A DNA stretch of 64,000 nt from assembly GCA_964016885.1 (NCBI GenBank), contig CAXHJY010000834.1, positions 248,001 through 312,000 on the forward strand, given 5' to 3'. This stretch comes from Eledone cirrhosa (lineage: Eukaryota). Below are positions 42,838 through 55,989 of the stretch, in pieces; position 1 is the stretch's first letter, and each line of letters opens with the position of its first letter. The notes under the pieces were generated by a model. The model was not told where the DNA came from. It searched no databases and was given only the letters and a program-made list of their open reading frames with translations. A program made the translations under genes and the position numbers.

Positions 42838-44842
42838 TATTGAAGTTTGCTTGAAGCATTGTGGAATAATAAGTAAATATCTTTAAGTCGTTTGGAAGCC
42901 TCGACAATGCAAATGGGTAAATCTCCGGGTAACAAGATCCGATGGTGGAGAGAGAGATGTAAGTGGGTGTACGTTGAGATGCGTGGTGTGTATAAGATGT
43001 GTGAGATGTGTAGAATGAAGGGAAGAGTATAAAGGATAAAATTTAAATAAAAACACAAGAGAGAGTTACCTTGGGAGAGATTTAATAGTCCCTATATATT
43101 TCGGATTCACATCCATCAACTGGGGTTTTTTTCCGAGGTGGGGGAAAAGGTTGTCTGTCGGACAGGTGCGGAGCGCGTCCTCCGCTGTTTGTTGTTTTGA
43201 ATATCTGAGGTATTCGGCAGAGCGCGCGTGCGCGTGAAATGGGGTCGGTCGGGCAGAGGTCAGCGGCCGAATGAGGGAGTGGGAAGGCGCTAGCTGTCAG
43301 TCCATTCTCTGCCTGTTTGTTAAATGTTACTGTGTGTGTGTGTGTGCGTGTGTTGTTGTCTCGCTTGAGTGTGTGTGTGCGTGCGTGTGTTGTTGCCTTG
43401 TTCCTCTGTATTGGCAGTGTAGTATGTTCGTATGGTGGAATGCTACTGTGTGTGTGTGCGTGTGTGTAGTTGTCTCGTTTGTGTGTGTGTGTGTGTGCGT
43501 GTGTTGTGTTTTGCTGCATCGTTTGTTAACTTAAACCAGCCATCTCATTTCGCTTCTCTCTGATCGGTTGTTTATTTGCGGTTGCAGGCGTTTGATAAAA
43601 AGCGCTTCCTTGATACGTAACGTGCCGACGTTTCTTTCAGTCGCTAGAATTGTGACAATGGGCCTTCCGTCTTTGTTTCCGCATTTGTCTATATGTTTCT
43701 GGAAAGACGAGGCTCTGGTTTTAGTGTGTTCCTTGATCCGGATGTGCAAAGGTCGGATTGTGCTACCTATGTAGTATTGGTTGCACCTGTCACATTCTAT
43801 CTTATACACGACGTATGTGCGTAGGCAACAGTTCGCATGGCGTATCAGGCAGTCTCTGAGGGAGCATGCGTCAGTAGATTTTTCAGGTTTCCTGGAGAGG
43901 CATCTTTGCAGGGAGGGGCCCGAGTGGGCCAGGTGGATGTCGAGGCCCTCCCTCCGTATAGCCTTGCGGATAGCGTTGGTGGTATTCTCGCCCAGGTGTG
44001 GCATTTTAAGGAAGCACTTGCCTTGGGTGCCTCTCTGTCTCTTGCGTCTGGTGTCTCCTATTCTGTCTGTGATCGAGGTAGGGTACCCGTTCGTCTCCAG
44101 CACCTCGAGGAATCGCTTGGTATGAGTGACACCACTCGCGGGATCGCTGCATCTGTTTTTGATTCGCGCGATCTCGTTCGTGATGTATCCTCTCTTGGCA
44201 CTGTTAGGGAGGGCGGACTTGTAGTGAACGAACAGGTCCCTGCAGGCTGCCTTTCGGTAGAAGTTGCAGTGGATCCTACCCTGTTCCGTGATGTTGATTC
44301 GGAAGTCGAGGAGGGCAAGTGACCCGTCTTCGTTGGGGTGTTCAACACTGAAGTCAATGTTCTCGTCCGTGTTGTTGAACGTCTCATAGATTCTGTTCGC
44401 CGTGTCTTGGGAAGATGTGAGGATGAGGATATCGTCCACGTACCTTGAGAAAAAGGCTACGGCGTTGGGGTGGCAGGCGTTGAGTGCCTTGCGTTCGAGG
44501 TTGTCCATGTAAGAGATCGCTAGCACACCTGATAGGCTAGATCCCATGGGCAATCCCGAGGTTTGTTGGTATGTTTGGTCAAGGAATCCGAAGTAGGACG
44601 ATGGATAGGAGTATATATATATATGTATATATATATATATCTCCCAAGGTAACTCTCTCTTGTGTTGTTATTTTAATTTTATCCTTTATACTCTTCCCTT
44701 CATTCTACACATCTCACACATCTTATACACACCACGCATCTCAACGTACACCCACTTACATCTCTCTCTCCACCACCGGATCTTGTTACCCGGAGATTTA
44801 CCTATTTGCATTGCCGAGGCTTCCAAACGACTTAAAGATATT

Positions 44843-44845
<3 letters not shown>
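42833..44845 (-). mobile_element. 5'-truncated Penelope-like element with an inverted pLTR copy at its 5' end
   Basis: Uninterrupted ORF 43531-44553. About 205-bp inverted repeats at 42874-43078/44641-44845, with (TA)n at both outer ends. Confidence 0.93.
43531..44553 (-). CDS. PLE reverse transcriptase C-terminal half plus GIY-YIG endonuclease (5'-truncated)
   Basis: PMGSSLS, RYVDD, LALLD, YRK, NGYP, VVYKIECDRCNQYYIGSTIRPLHIRIKEH, LRIKEALFIKRLQPQIN. Confidence 0.93.
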   Translation of the reverse strand: MPMGSSLSGVLAISYMDNLERKALNACHPNAVAFFSRYVDDILILTSSQDTANRIYETFNNTDENIDFSVEHPNEDGSLALLDFRINITEQGRIHCNFYRKAACRDLFVHYKSALPNSAKRGYITNEIARIKNRCSDPASGVTHTKRFLEVLETNGYPTSITDRIGDTRRKRQRGTQGKCFLKMPHLGENTTNAIRKAIRREGLDIHLAHSGPSLQRCLSRKPEKSTDACSLRDCLIRHANCCLRTYVVYKIECDRCNQYYIGSTIRPLHIRIKEHTKTRASSFQKHIDKCGNKDGRPIVTILATERNVGTLRIKEALFIKRLQPQINNRSERSEMRWLV

Positions 44846-44894
<49 letters not shown>

Positions 44895-44982
44895 GCTTGC
44901 TAAAATAATCAAATTAAATTAATTCAACAGTTAAACACACGTAGGAATAATAAGGCTGTTACCAAAGGGCCAGAAGATTGAC

Positions 44983-45406
44983 AAGTCGACCCTAAATATT
45001 ACTAATAGCTCTAGGAAAGCCATGAACGACACCACATATTTTTAACTGTGATTTTGAAAGTAGGTTTATAATTATCAATTTTCATTGTACTTTTCTAGCT
45101 GTCACGGTGGACTAGCTGGAGGAATCATGGACGGTGGTGATCCTGGTCTGAAGTTCGAATCTGGTCGGGAGTAGGGTTCCCGGTAAACCTTTTCAGTTTT
45201 TTCTATTGGTTGTAAAATAAAAACTGAAAAATGTTACATGTACCTCTTGAACAGGATTGAACCCAAGGCCAGGATTTCCACCGTCTCTAGTACGAAAATC
45301 TTATGGAAATTCATACCTATAAACCTACTTTCAAAATTTTCAAAACAAGTATTGTGGTGTCGTTCATGTCTTTCTTAATGTTATTGCTCCTAGTTAAGGT
45401 CGACTT
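44983..45406. mobile_element. Twin-tRNA-head palindromic element, copy 2 (part of a larger repeat 44983-46275 matching 42079-42760)
   Basis: Colinear high similarity to 42080-42531, with an about 30-bp deletion in the right arm. Confidence 0.8.
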
Positions 45407-45465
45407 CTAAATGATTTGAGTGTTCCATAAACTACATCCTGGTTTTGTTTCACATCTATCTAGAC

Positions 45466-45523
45466 CACAGGTTCTCAACCCATTTAGGCCAAACTAATTT
45501 TGTCCCTCGAAATCACGAAACGC

Positions 45524-45557
<34 letters not shown>

Positions 45558-46151
45558 ATTTTTCCATTTTTCAATATACTACTGATTTTTATATCAGTAG
45601 ATTACTAAAAAATTGATTAACAATATTCCAAAGATGTGTGTATTATCTGATTATGTGTTTATGTGGTCTTAGATGTGTGTGCTACTCGCTTCTGTTTTTT
45701 CTTTTCTTTTTTTTTATTTGTAATATTAATTATACAATAGGGAATAAAATAGATCTACATAGTGTTAACTCGTTGCAGTTGAGTCAATAATTTCAGACAT
45801 GAAATACATTGCTATCGGTGAAGGAAAGATAAGATTCTAACTGTCTGCACTCAAAGTGTCTTTGACCCAGTTGAGTAGGATCTCAATTACCGGTTAACGT
45901 CTCAATTACCGGACATGCCTGCACACCTGCTCACAGCTGCAGTTAGACTATAGTTATGCTGTCTGCAAGCTCATTCAAATGCATTCACATTGGCTGTCTC
46001 AAAGACAAACAAATATGGCTTATAAAACTTACCAAAATAAAGAGCCTTCCAGCGCCCCCTTAACGCGACCTTTCTCCCAAACGCCCCCCCCCCCCCCCGG
46101 AGTTCCGAAACGCCCCCCGGGGGTGCATATGCCCCCCGTTGAGAACCTTTG
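45466..46151. mobile_element. Non-autonomous hAT-Charlie-type DNA transposon (686 bp)
   Basis: TIRs CACAGGTTCTCAAC / GTTGAGAACCTTTG. Perfect 8-bp TSD ATCTAGAC (45458-45465, 46152-46159). Empty site at about 42584-42591. Subterminal AAACGCCCCCC repeats. Confidence 0.95.
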
Positions 46152-46406
46152 ATCTAGACTATATTTTAACTTGTAATCCATGTTTCATTTCTGTTCCACC
46201 TCATTTCTCCTACCCCTCTCTCTTTCTCTCTGTGCTATTTGAATTTACTATGGTTTGGGCTTACTTTATTCATATATATATATAAGTGGAAACAAAACAG
46301 TGCAATCAAATTTTTGCGGGAAAATATCTTACTTCGCCGATAAAAAATATGTATTTTGTAAAATCCAGAGACTTTCAATAATGACCTTTGGTCTTTCCCA
46401 CTCACT

Positions 46407-47231
<825 letters not shown>

Positions 47232-47242
47232 TGTGTGTGTGT

Positions 47243-48736
47243 AAAGTTTGTCGGTTTGCAATTCGGAACATGGACAGGCAAACCGATGCCGTCCGACAGC
47301 GTCGCCGGACGCTGGACGGAAGGACCAGTGAAATTGCTCGGGGTCTGGTTCGGTCCAGACCTTCAGGTGGAGAAAAACTGGAACGAGGTCATGGCCAAGG
47401 CATTTGCGCTCACCCAGAAGTGGGCAGAGTGCAAACTGTCTTTGAAAGGTCGAGCGGAGGTGGCGAACACTTTTATAGCGTCCGTCATCTACTACCGCTT
47501 GACTGTCGTGTCTTGTCCCCGTGAATACCTCACCAAGATGGAACGCATGCTCTTCCAGTTCCTGTGGAAAAAGCAGGCTCCATTGGTGAGGAGATCCGTC
47601 TGCTGTAAACACCCTTCCGACGGAGGGCTGGGCATGCCGTGGCTAATGATGCGCAAACATGCGCTGAGGCTACGGTATCTCCAGGTATTCCTCACCGACC
47701 AACCGGTGTGGGCACCGTTTGTGAGACAGGTCTTCCCACAACTTGTCTAGCTGACGGAGCTGCAGTCCTGGGTCAAGCGAAGACCGAAGAAGATGGGTGC
47801 CTGGCACATTGAATGCGCCCAGGCGCTCACAGTCCTCTGTCAAGCGGGCACAGCAATCAGTGGAGACTCCACTTCGACATTCTATAGAGGGTTAGTACTT
47901 TACAAGTGCGACGACGTGCTCGGGGAGACACTAGGCGTCGAAGACGACGAGCTCACCAGTCTGTTCGGTAGGACTTTCCACCCTGGACCTATGGACAACT
48001 TCCAGAGGTCCCTGGCAGTGCTACCGAGGAGCTCTACCCGTTCGAGAGAAGATCTACAGGCACGGACGCCCCGGCAGGGATCCTTCCAAGAGGACGTGTC
48101 CAAGATGCGAGCAGGACATTGAAACCGTCTTTCACGCAATTGTACACTGCCCGGGCGTAAGCGACCTGTGAAACTATGCTGTCGCGTATGGGACAAATCC
48201 AGTTGACTGCCGAGTCCATAGTAAGGATCAAACCGCCAGCCTCTTTCAAAGACGAAAGAGAGGCGGTTTTCCTCTGTACAGTGGCTATGGTGAAAGAGGT
48301 TATATTGTGGACAAGATTGAGAGGACTGAGGACAGATGCCTTTCTCTCCGGACAACAATTGATTCCCTTCTTTAAGTATCACTTTAGAAGGAGAATCAGA
48401 GTGGAGAGAAAGGCACTGCACCCCAGTAAATTTACTGAAAGGTGGGTGAATGAAGCGAAAATGGCCCGAGTGATTGGGCCTTCTCTGTTTATAAGCCTGT
48501 AGGTTAAAGAAGAGAGCAAAAGGAAGAAAGGACCACTTGCACAACACGCTCCTCGAGTTGTGGGTTGTTCTATCGACGGGGTATTAAACAAGCCATTTGT
48601 GGCGCCTCCCCCCTATTGGGGATTTCGATTGTTGTAATTGTTTGTTTCAATATTTTTACACGACTGTATGTAAAATCCCCGGCATGTGTCCTTGTATTCT
48701 ACCCTTCTCTTGTGCGCCCTTGTGGCAAATAAAGAA

Positions 48737-48740
<4 letters not shown>
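47243..48740 (+). mobile_element. Tx1/L1-clade LINE 3' fragment (post-RT region, zf-RVT-like Cys motif, 3' UTR)
   Basis: GPVKLLGVWFG...LSLKGRAEVAN...GGLGMP, CPRC...ETVFHAIVHC, with stops. 3' end GCCCTTGTGGCAAATAAAGAAATCT. Confidence 0.9.
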
Positions 48741-48825
<85 letters not shown>

Positions 48826-48884
48826 TATCTATATATCTATATATCTATATATGTATAGAGAGAGAGATAGATAGATATATAGAT

Positions 48885-48929
<45 letters not shown>

Positions 48930-49110
48930 CACCACCACCACTAATTGATTTGACAGATGTCTTTAACCTATTTATACCAAATATTATTTGGTCAGTAGTT
49001 CATGTGTAAGTATATAAATATATATATATATATAAATGAAAATAGACCGATAAACGGGAATGTCCATCATCAGTAGTCTGCTGATTAACATTGGTATTTC
49101 TTCGCATTAA

Positions 49111-49437
<327 letters not shown>

Positions 49438-49444
49438 ATAGATA

Positions 49445-52336
49445 TCTTTCTTTATTTGCCACAGGAACGTACAAAACTGGGACATTACAAGACGTGACGG
49501 CGGGTGTTTTACATAAAAATCATATAACTTTAACATTAATAAATAACAATAAACTATATATAATAAAATAACAATTGAAATCCCCAATAGGGGAGAACGT
49601 TACTGCAGGGTTGTTTTACACCCCGTGGATAGAACAACCCTCAACACCAGGAACACATTTTGTAGGTATTCCCGTTTTCCCTCTGTTTATCTTCCTCAAC
49701 CTACAGGTTTATATACAGAGAAGGCCCATTCACTCGGACCCTTTTCGCCACATTCACCCACCTTTCAGCGAATTTACTGGGGTGTAGCACCTCTCTCTCC
49801 ACTCTCACCTTCCTTCTGAAGTGGTACTTAAAGAAGGGGAAAGTGGTTGTCCGGAGAGAAAGGTGTTTGCCCTCAGTCCTTTTAACCTCGTCCACCATAT
49901 TACCTCTTTCACCATAGCCACCAGACAGAGGAAAACCGCCTCTCCTTCATTCTTAAATGAAGACGGTGGGTTGATCCTCACGATGGACTCAGCTGACAAC
50001 TGGATGCGTCCCACACAGCTTCGTTTCTAACACCTTGGCCAAAGTCTTTAACTCTGTGTTGAGCAGAGTTTTGGGCCTGAAATTGCTTATCTCATCCCCT
50101 TGTTCTCATCTTTCTAATCAGCGTTGCTACGCCTCTGCCTACAGAACTGGGAATCCTCCTGTTCTGCTGCCAGTTGCAGTAGACCGCTTCGAGGACACCA
50201 GAGAACAAGTCTGGCATGCTTATGTAAAACTCATAGGGTAGACCATTTAAACCGGGGGATTTGCATTTCCCGCAGCAGCCTAGGGCTCTTCTATTTGGCC
50301 CGCTGTGATCAGCCTTTCGCAGCTCTCTGCATCCGTGCTCGAGAGTCGTGGTACGCCGTCAAGGTAGGAACTGAAGTCCATCACCTCGCTCGACGTACCG
50401 CTTTGCCCAAACAGTTGTGCAAAATGCTGCTGGAAGGCCGTGAACATCTGCTTGGATTCAAGTAGAATGCGTCCATCTTTGTCTTGCAAAGACCGAATTG
50501 TGAATTTGTTGCCACTTTTCGCCTCTGCCACTCAGGCCCAGCTAACAGCTTTGGCTCCCTCGTTTCTTAGAGCAAGTGTTCTACTTCTGACAATACAACC
50601 TTCGTGTTTCACGTTGAAGAACTGGTCTAGCGTCGTTCTCGCCGCTAGCACGTCAGCTGTACTGCCATTCCTAAGTGCCTCTTCTACTTTAGCTACCAGT
50701 TCCTTTTCAATTTTGTTTTTTTCTAAAGCTACTTCCTTGCTAAATGCTATCGATTCTATTCTAATTTTTCTCTTGAGAGAGCTCCACCACCTGTTGTTGA
50801 CGATCGCCCCCGTCAACTGGCACTTAACTAAGGCGCTACTCCGTTTACTGTAGACCTTACGCACTGGGAGCGACATGTTTAGCTTCCAGTATTCGGGTCT
50901 CTGTCTATGTGTTCTATCAAGGTTGACTATGCAGGTGACTAATTTGTGGTCTGAATAGGCAACAATGTGCATTTGTGGACAGCTTAATGTTTCCTTATCA
51001 TTCTGTCTAATTAAAAAAATCTATCTAAATACGATTTAGAAGACCCAGTTGCTCCACGTCCACAGTGGTGCACTTGGGAAGTCTAGTCGATATCTATCAG
51101 CCAGTTGGAATTGGCTGATGAGATTTTTGAGGCTATTACACCCCCCTCCATTATCACAAGCTCCTACATAGTCCCAATGTGCGTCTAAGATGCCATTCCA
51201 GTTCCCCGCTAACACTAAGAAGTGAGACGTTCCCAGGAGTGGATCCAGACGCTTGAAGAACTCTGGTCGCGATGTCCCAGACGCGGAATATACGGCCACC
51301 AGTCTGAAAGCTCCACCTTCACTTCCATTCACGTCCAGGACCACCAGGCTACCCTCCGGGTCCAAGTGAATCGTCTGTACTTTGAGATCCAAGTTGTTTC
51401 GAAACATAACAGCAACTCCCCCTCCACCTCCTGGCTGACAGAGAGATGCGTAGATCTCAAAATCATCGAACATGGGGGTTAGCTGCTGCTTGTCGTGAAT
51501 CCTGGATTCGGTGATGGCTATCACATCTATACAATGTGACCTGAGATCATTTAAAAGCTGGCCCTGTTTCCAGGGCATGCCCAGGCCACATACATTCAAA
51601 CATCCAACTTGGATAGTCGCCATGTTGGTGAAGAAGAGTTAAGGAGAGAAAAGCAAGAACACTTACCTTTTTGTTTCCTGGAGGTCGGGTTGTTCGATCT
51701 CCATGTCCAGATTGGGGGTGTTTGGGGAGGGAGGGAATCATTTTAGCAGGACACGGTTAAAGGGATTTTGGAAAGAGGGGCCCACATCATGTGGGAAGTT
51801 CCCTTTTAAAGTTTCGTACTGTAGGGTTGTTACCCTGATAAGTTTGGGGTTTGGGGGTGGGTCGTTGGTGGGGAAGGTTTTCCCTTCCGTTTGTGTTCCG
51901 TTTGTGTCCTTTCGGACAGTTTCCACCAATTCATTATTTCTTGTTTTTATGTATGTGTAATTTTTTTGTTTTTTATGTGTACTGTTTCTGTTTGTAGTTT
52001 TCTTTTTGTGGTTGGGGTTTGTGATTGTGGTGGTGTGGGTGTTTGTTTTGTTGGTGGAGTGTCTGGTTGTGTTGTTGGTGTGGTTCTCGTTTGTGGCGGT
52101 ATGTTTATGTCAGTGTTGAGTGTGTGCGTGTTTTCAGTTCATGTTTTTGTTGTATTTTTTCTGTCTCTTTGCTTCTTGGATTTTTGGGGTTCCCCTTCAT
52201 CCTCACTTGGAGATGTTGAGGTTCCCGTGTCTGAGGCGTTATCATTGTGGGTAGGTAGGAGGGGTATGTTGTGTGGTGGTGGAGTGTTTGTGTGTGTGTT
52301 TGTGGGAGTGTTGGGCAGAGGGGGAAGGGGTGGGAA

Positions 52337-52338
<2 letters not shown>
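49445..52338 (-). mobile_element. Decayed Tx1/L1-clade LINE: probable ORF1 remnant, APE endonuclease, internally deleted RT, 3' UTR
   Basis: ORF 51036-51623: LNVCGL...IAITE...VY...GNWN...WTW, then SDH. RT breaks after LAKVL (about 50030) and joins the C-terminus. Confidence 0.9.
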
Positions 52339-52389
<51 letters not shown>

Positions 52390-52390
<1 letters not shown>

Positions 52391-52729
52391 TTCTTTATTA
52401 GCCACAAGGGCGCAACAAGAAAGGGGACAATACAAAGACATGCCGGGGATTTTACATACAGTCGTGTAAAAAATATAAAAACAAACAATTTCAACAATCG
52501 AAATCCCCAATAGGGGGGAGGCGCCACAAATGGGTTGTTTAATACCCCGTCGATAGAACAACCCTCAACTCAAGGAGCGTGTTGTGCAAGTGCTCCTTTC
52601 TTCCTTTTGCTCTCTTCCTCAACCTACAGGCTTATAAACAGAGAAGGCCCAATCACTCGGGCCATTTTCGCTTCATTCACCCACCTTTCAGTAAATTTAC
52701 TGGGGTGCAGTGCCTCTCTCTCCACCCTG
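52390..52729 (-). mobile_element. Tx1/L1-clade LINE short 3' fragment
   Basis: Near-identical reverse complement of 48400-48740, flanked by (GATA)n. Confidence 0.9.
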
Positions 52730-52741
52730 ATAGATAGATAT

Positions 52742-55522
52742 GTTTCTTTTATTTGCCACCAGGGCATCAAAAGTGGGACAAGTACAATGGGGGGAGTTTA
52801 CAAAACAAGGCGTCCTCAATAAGGAGGAGGCAATAACAATATATAAAAATAAAATAAAATATAACAAAAAATAAAATTTATAACAAAGTCCTCAATAGAG
52901 AGGAGGCGCCTTGGGGGGTCGCACACACCCCCGAAAAAAGTGTGCAACCCTTCTCCTCAGGAGCACAGAGAAGGGGTGCTCCCTTGGTCTTTCATCTTCC
53001 TCACCTATAGTCTGATGTAGAGTGAAGGCCCATTCACACGGGCCATTCTCGCCACTTTCACCCATCTTTCATAGAAACGGCTGGGGTGCAGCACCTCTCT
53101 CTCCATCCTGATCCTTCTTCCGAAATGATATCGGAAGAAACGGACCAGTTGTTGGCCAGAGAGAAAGGTGTCTGACCTCAGTCCTTTCAGACGCGTCCAC
53201 CATACAACCTCTTTCGCCATGGCTATTACGCACAGAAACACCGCCTCTCCTTCGTTTTTGAAGAGGGGAGGCGGCTTGATCGTTACAATAGACTCGGTGG
53301 TCAACCGGATCGGTCCCACCCTTGACAGCAGTTGTTCGACATAGCCCCACAGATCGGCAATGCCCGAGCAGTGTACCAATGCGTGTGCAACGGTTTCCTC
53401 GTCGCACACGCATCTGGGACAGACCTTTTTCGATGGGTCCCTACCCGGGCGCCCGTGTCTGTAGAGCCTTTCTCGAACGGGCAGAGCCCTTCTGTAGCAT
53501 TGCCAGGCCAGGGACCTCTGGAAGTTATCCATGGGTTCCGGGCTGAATGTCCTACCGAACAGGTTGGCCAGTTCGTCTTCCTCCATGCCTAGGGCTTCTC
53601 CGAGGGCGTCGTCGCACCTGCTAACCACCAGCCCTCTATAGAATGACGAGGTGGATTCTCCACTGACAGCCGGGTCCGCCTGCCAGAGAGCCGTGAGCGC
53701 CTGGGCACACTCGGTGTGCCAGGCGCCCAGTTTTCTCGGTCTTTGCTTGACCCAGGATTGCAGCTCGGTGAGTGAGACGAGTCTGGGAAAGGCTCGCCTC
53801 ACAAACGGGGCCCACACCGGTTGACCGGAGAGGAATACCTGAAGGTGCCGTAGCCTTAATGCGTGTTTACGTATCATCAGCCACGGCATCCCCAGCCCTC
53901 CTTTCGAAGGGTGTTGACAGCAGATGGATCTCCTCACCATAGGAGCCCGCTTCTTCCAAAGGAATTGGAAGAGTGCGCGCTCCATTTTGGCGAGCGTTTC
54001 CCTAGGGCAAGGCACCACGGTCAGGTGGTAGTAGATGACGGACGCTATATAAGTGTTCGCCACCTCCGCCCGACCTTTCAGGGACAGTTTGCACTCGGCC
54101 CACTTCTGGGTCAGTGCAAACACCCTGCTCGTCACCTCACCCCAGTTCTTCTCCACCTGGAGGTCTGGTCCGAACCAGACCCCGAACAATTTCACCGGGC
54201 CCTCCGTCCAGCGCCCGACGACGCCATCGGAGGGCATCGATCTGCCCCTCCACGTGCCGAGTTGCAGACCGATCGACTTGTCCCGGTTCAGCTTAGCCCC
54301 TGTAAACCTTTCGTACTCCTCCAGTAAGGTGCCGATCGCCCCGATTTCCGAGGCCGTCGACACCATTACTGTTACGTCATCGGCGTAGGCTGACACCGCT
54401 TTCCGCAATCCCGGTTCCAACGGGATGCCCTGCAACAACTCCAACTTCCGCAGCAGTGGCTCTAGAGTCACTACATACAGAAGGGAGGAGAGAGGGCACC
54501 CCTATCGGATGGACCGCGCGATTTCGAACGGCTCCGAGCGGTAGCCGTTCACCTTGACCCTAGAGCAGATGCGGCTGCTGTGCATGGCATTGATCCAGCC
54601 CCTGAAAACGGGTCCGAAGCCTGCCGCCGCTAGCACCGCATCCAGGTAACTATGGTCGACCCTATCGAATGCCTTAGATTGATCCAAGTTGATCAGGGCC
54701 CCACCAAAGCCGGGTTCGTTCCCAACCCTCTCTATGATGTATCGCATGAGGTGGAGGTTATCGTGGATGGACCTGGACGGGATAGCACATGTCTGCGCAT
54801 CTCCCACCAGGTTGCTCACGACAAGCGCCAACCTCTTTGCTAGCACCTTGGCCAAAATCTGTAACTCTGTATTTAGCAGAGTTATGGGCCTGAAATTATT
54901 TATATCGTCCCCCTTGTTCTCGTCCTTCCTCACTAGCGTGACTACGCCCTTGGTCACAGCACAGGGAATTCTCCCGATCTGTCGCCAATTGCAGTAGACC
55001 GCCTCGAGGAGTTCGGGGAACAAGTCCGGCATAGCTAGATATAGTTCGTATGGAAGACCATCGAAACCCGGGGATTTGCGTTTGCCGCATTGGCTCATCA
55101 CGTCCTCTATCTCAGCGGCTGAAATCGGCTCCTCGCAGGACTTCGCCTCCCTGTCCGAGAGACGCGGCAGGCCGTCGAGGTATGGACCGAAGTCCACGTC
55201 CCCAACCGGCCCCCCGCCCCTTCCGAACAATTCGGCAAAGTGCTTTTGAAAAGCCTCGCACATCTGCTTAGGTTCAAGGATCACCCGTCCATCCTGGTCT
55301 CGCAAAGACCGGATAGTGGATCTGCTCCCTTTTTTGGCTTCTGTCACGCGGGCCCAGCTAACAGCTTTGGTCCCCTCGTTTCCCAGAGCACGTATTTTGC
55401 TTCGGACGATGCAGCCTTCGTGTTTCGCGTCGAAGAACTGGCCCAGGGCCGTTCTCGACGCTAGCACTCTGGCCACGTCGCCGCTTCTAATTGCCTCTTC
55501 TACACTATCTACCAACTCCCTT
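52742..55522 (-). mobile_element. Young 5'-truncated Tx1/L1-clade LINE; RT ORF interrupted by a single nonsense codon
   Basis: ORFs 54502-55522 and 53005-54471 are in frame: KSPGFDG, FRPITLLN, LDQSKAFDRV, SIR*GCPLS, AYADD, CPRC...HALVHC. Confidence 0.95.
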
Positions 55523-55544
55523 AGATAGATAGATAGATAGATAT

Positions 55545-55830
55545 GTTTCTTTATTAGCCACAGGGGCACAAAAGAAGAGGACAAATACAAAGGGGGAAGT
55601 TTACATACAATAAAAACGTGTAAAATATTATCACAAAAGCAATTGAAAAGTTAATCGATTTTCCCCAATAGGGGGAGACATTTCATATGGGTAACACATA
55701 CCCCCGAAAAAATGTGCAACCCACATCTCCAGGAGTACGAAGAGTTTGTACCCCTTTCCTCTCTTTCTCCTTTTCCTCAACCTACAGGCTGATATAGAGA
55801 GAAGGCCCACTCACTCGGGCCATCATAGAA
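55545..55830 (-). mobile_element. Tx1/L1-clade LINE short 3' fragment
   Basis: Encodes ...ARVSGPSLYISL* followed by the same 3' UTR and GCCCCTGTGGCTAATAAAGAAAC end. Confidence 0.85.
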
Positions 55831-55989
55831 ATCTTCATATACTATGTATGAACGGTAAAACGAAGAATCTGGTGTATCTGGAAAAAAAATTTTTTGTTTG
55901 TTTTTTGTTTTTTTGTTACACTCACACACACCTCGGTCTCGCCTCGTACTGTAAACCAGACAACGCATCCAATACAGTCGTTTTCTCTT

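Noticed and set aside
43568-44387. Overlapping and antisense ORFs in the PLE (likewise in Tx1 copies and the ZF gene)
   Set aside because: Shadow ORFs of GC-richer coding sequence with no recognisable motifs.
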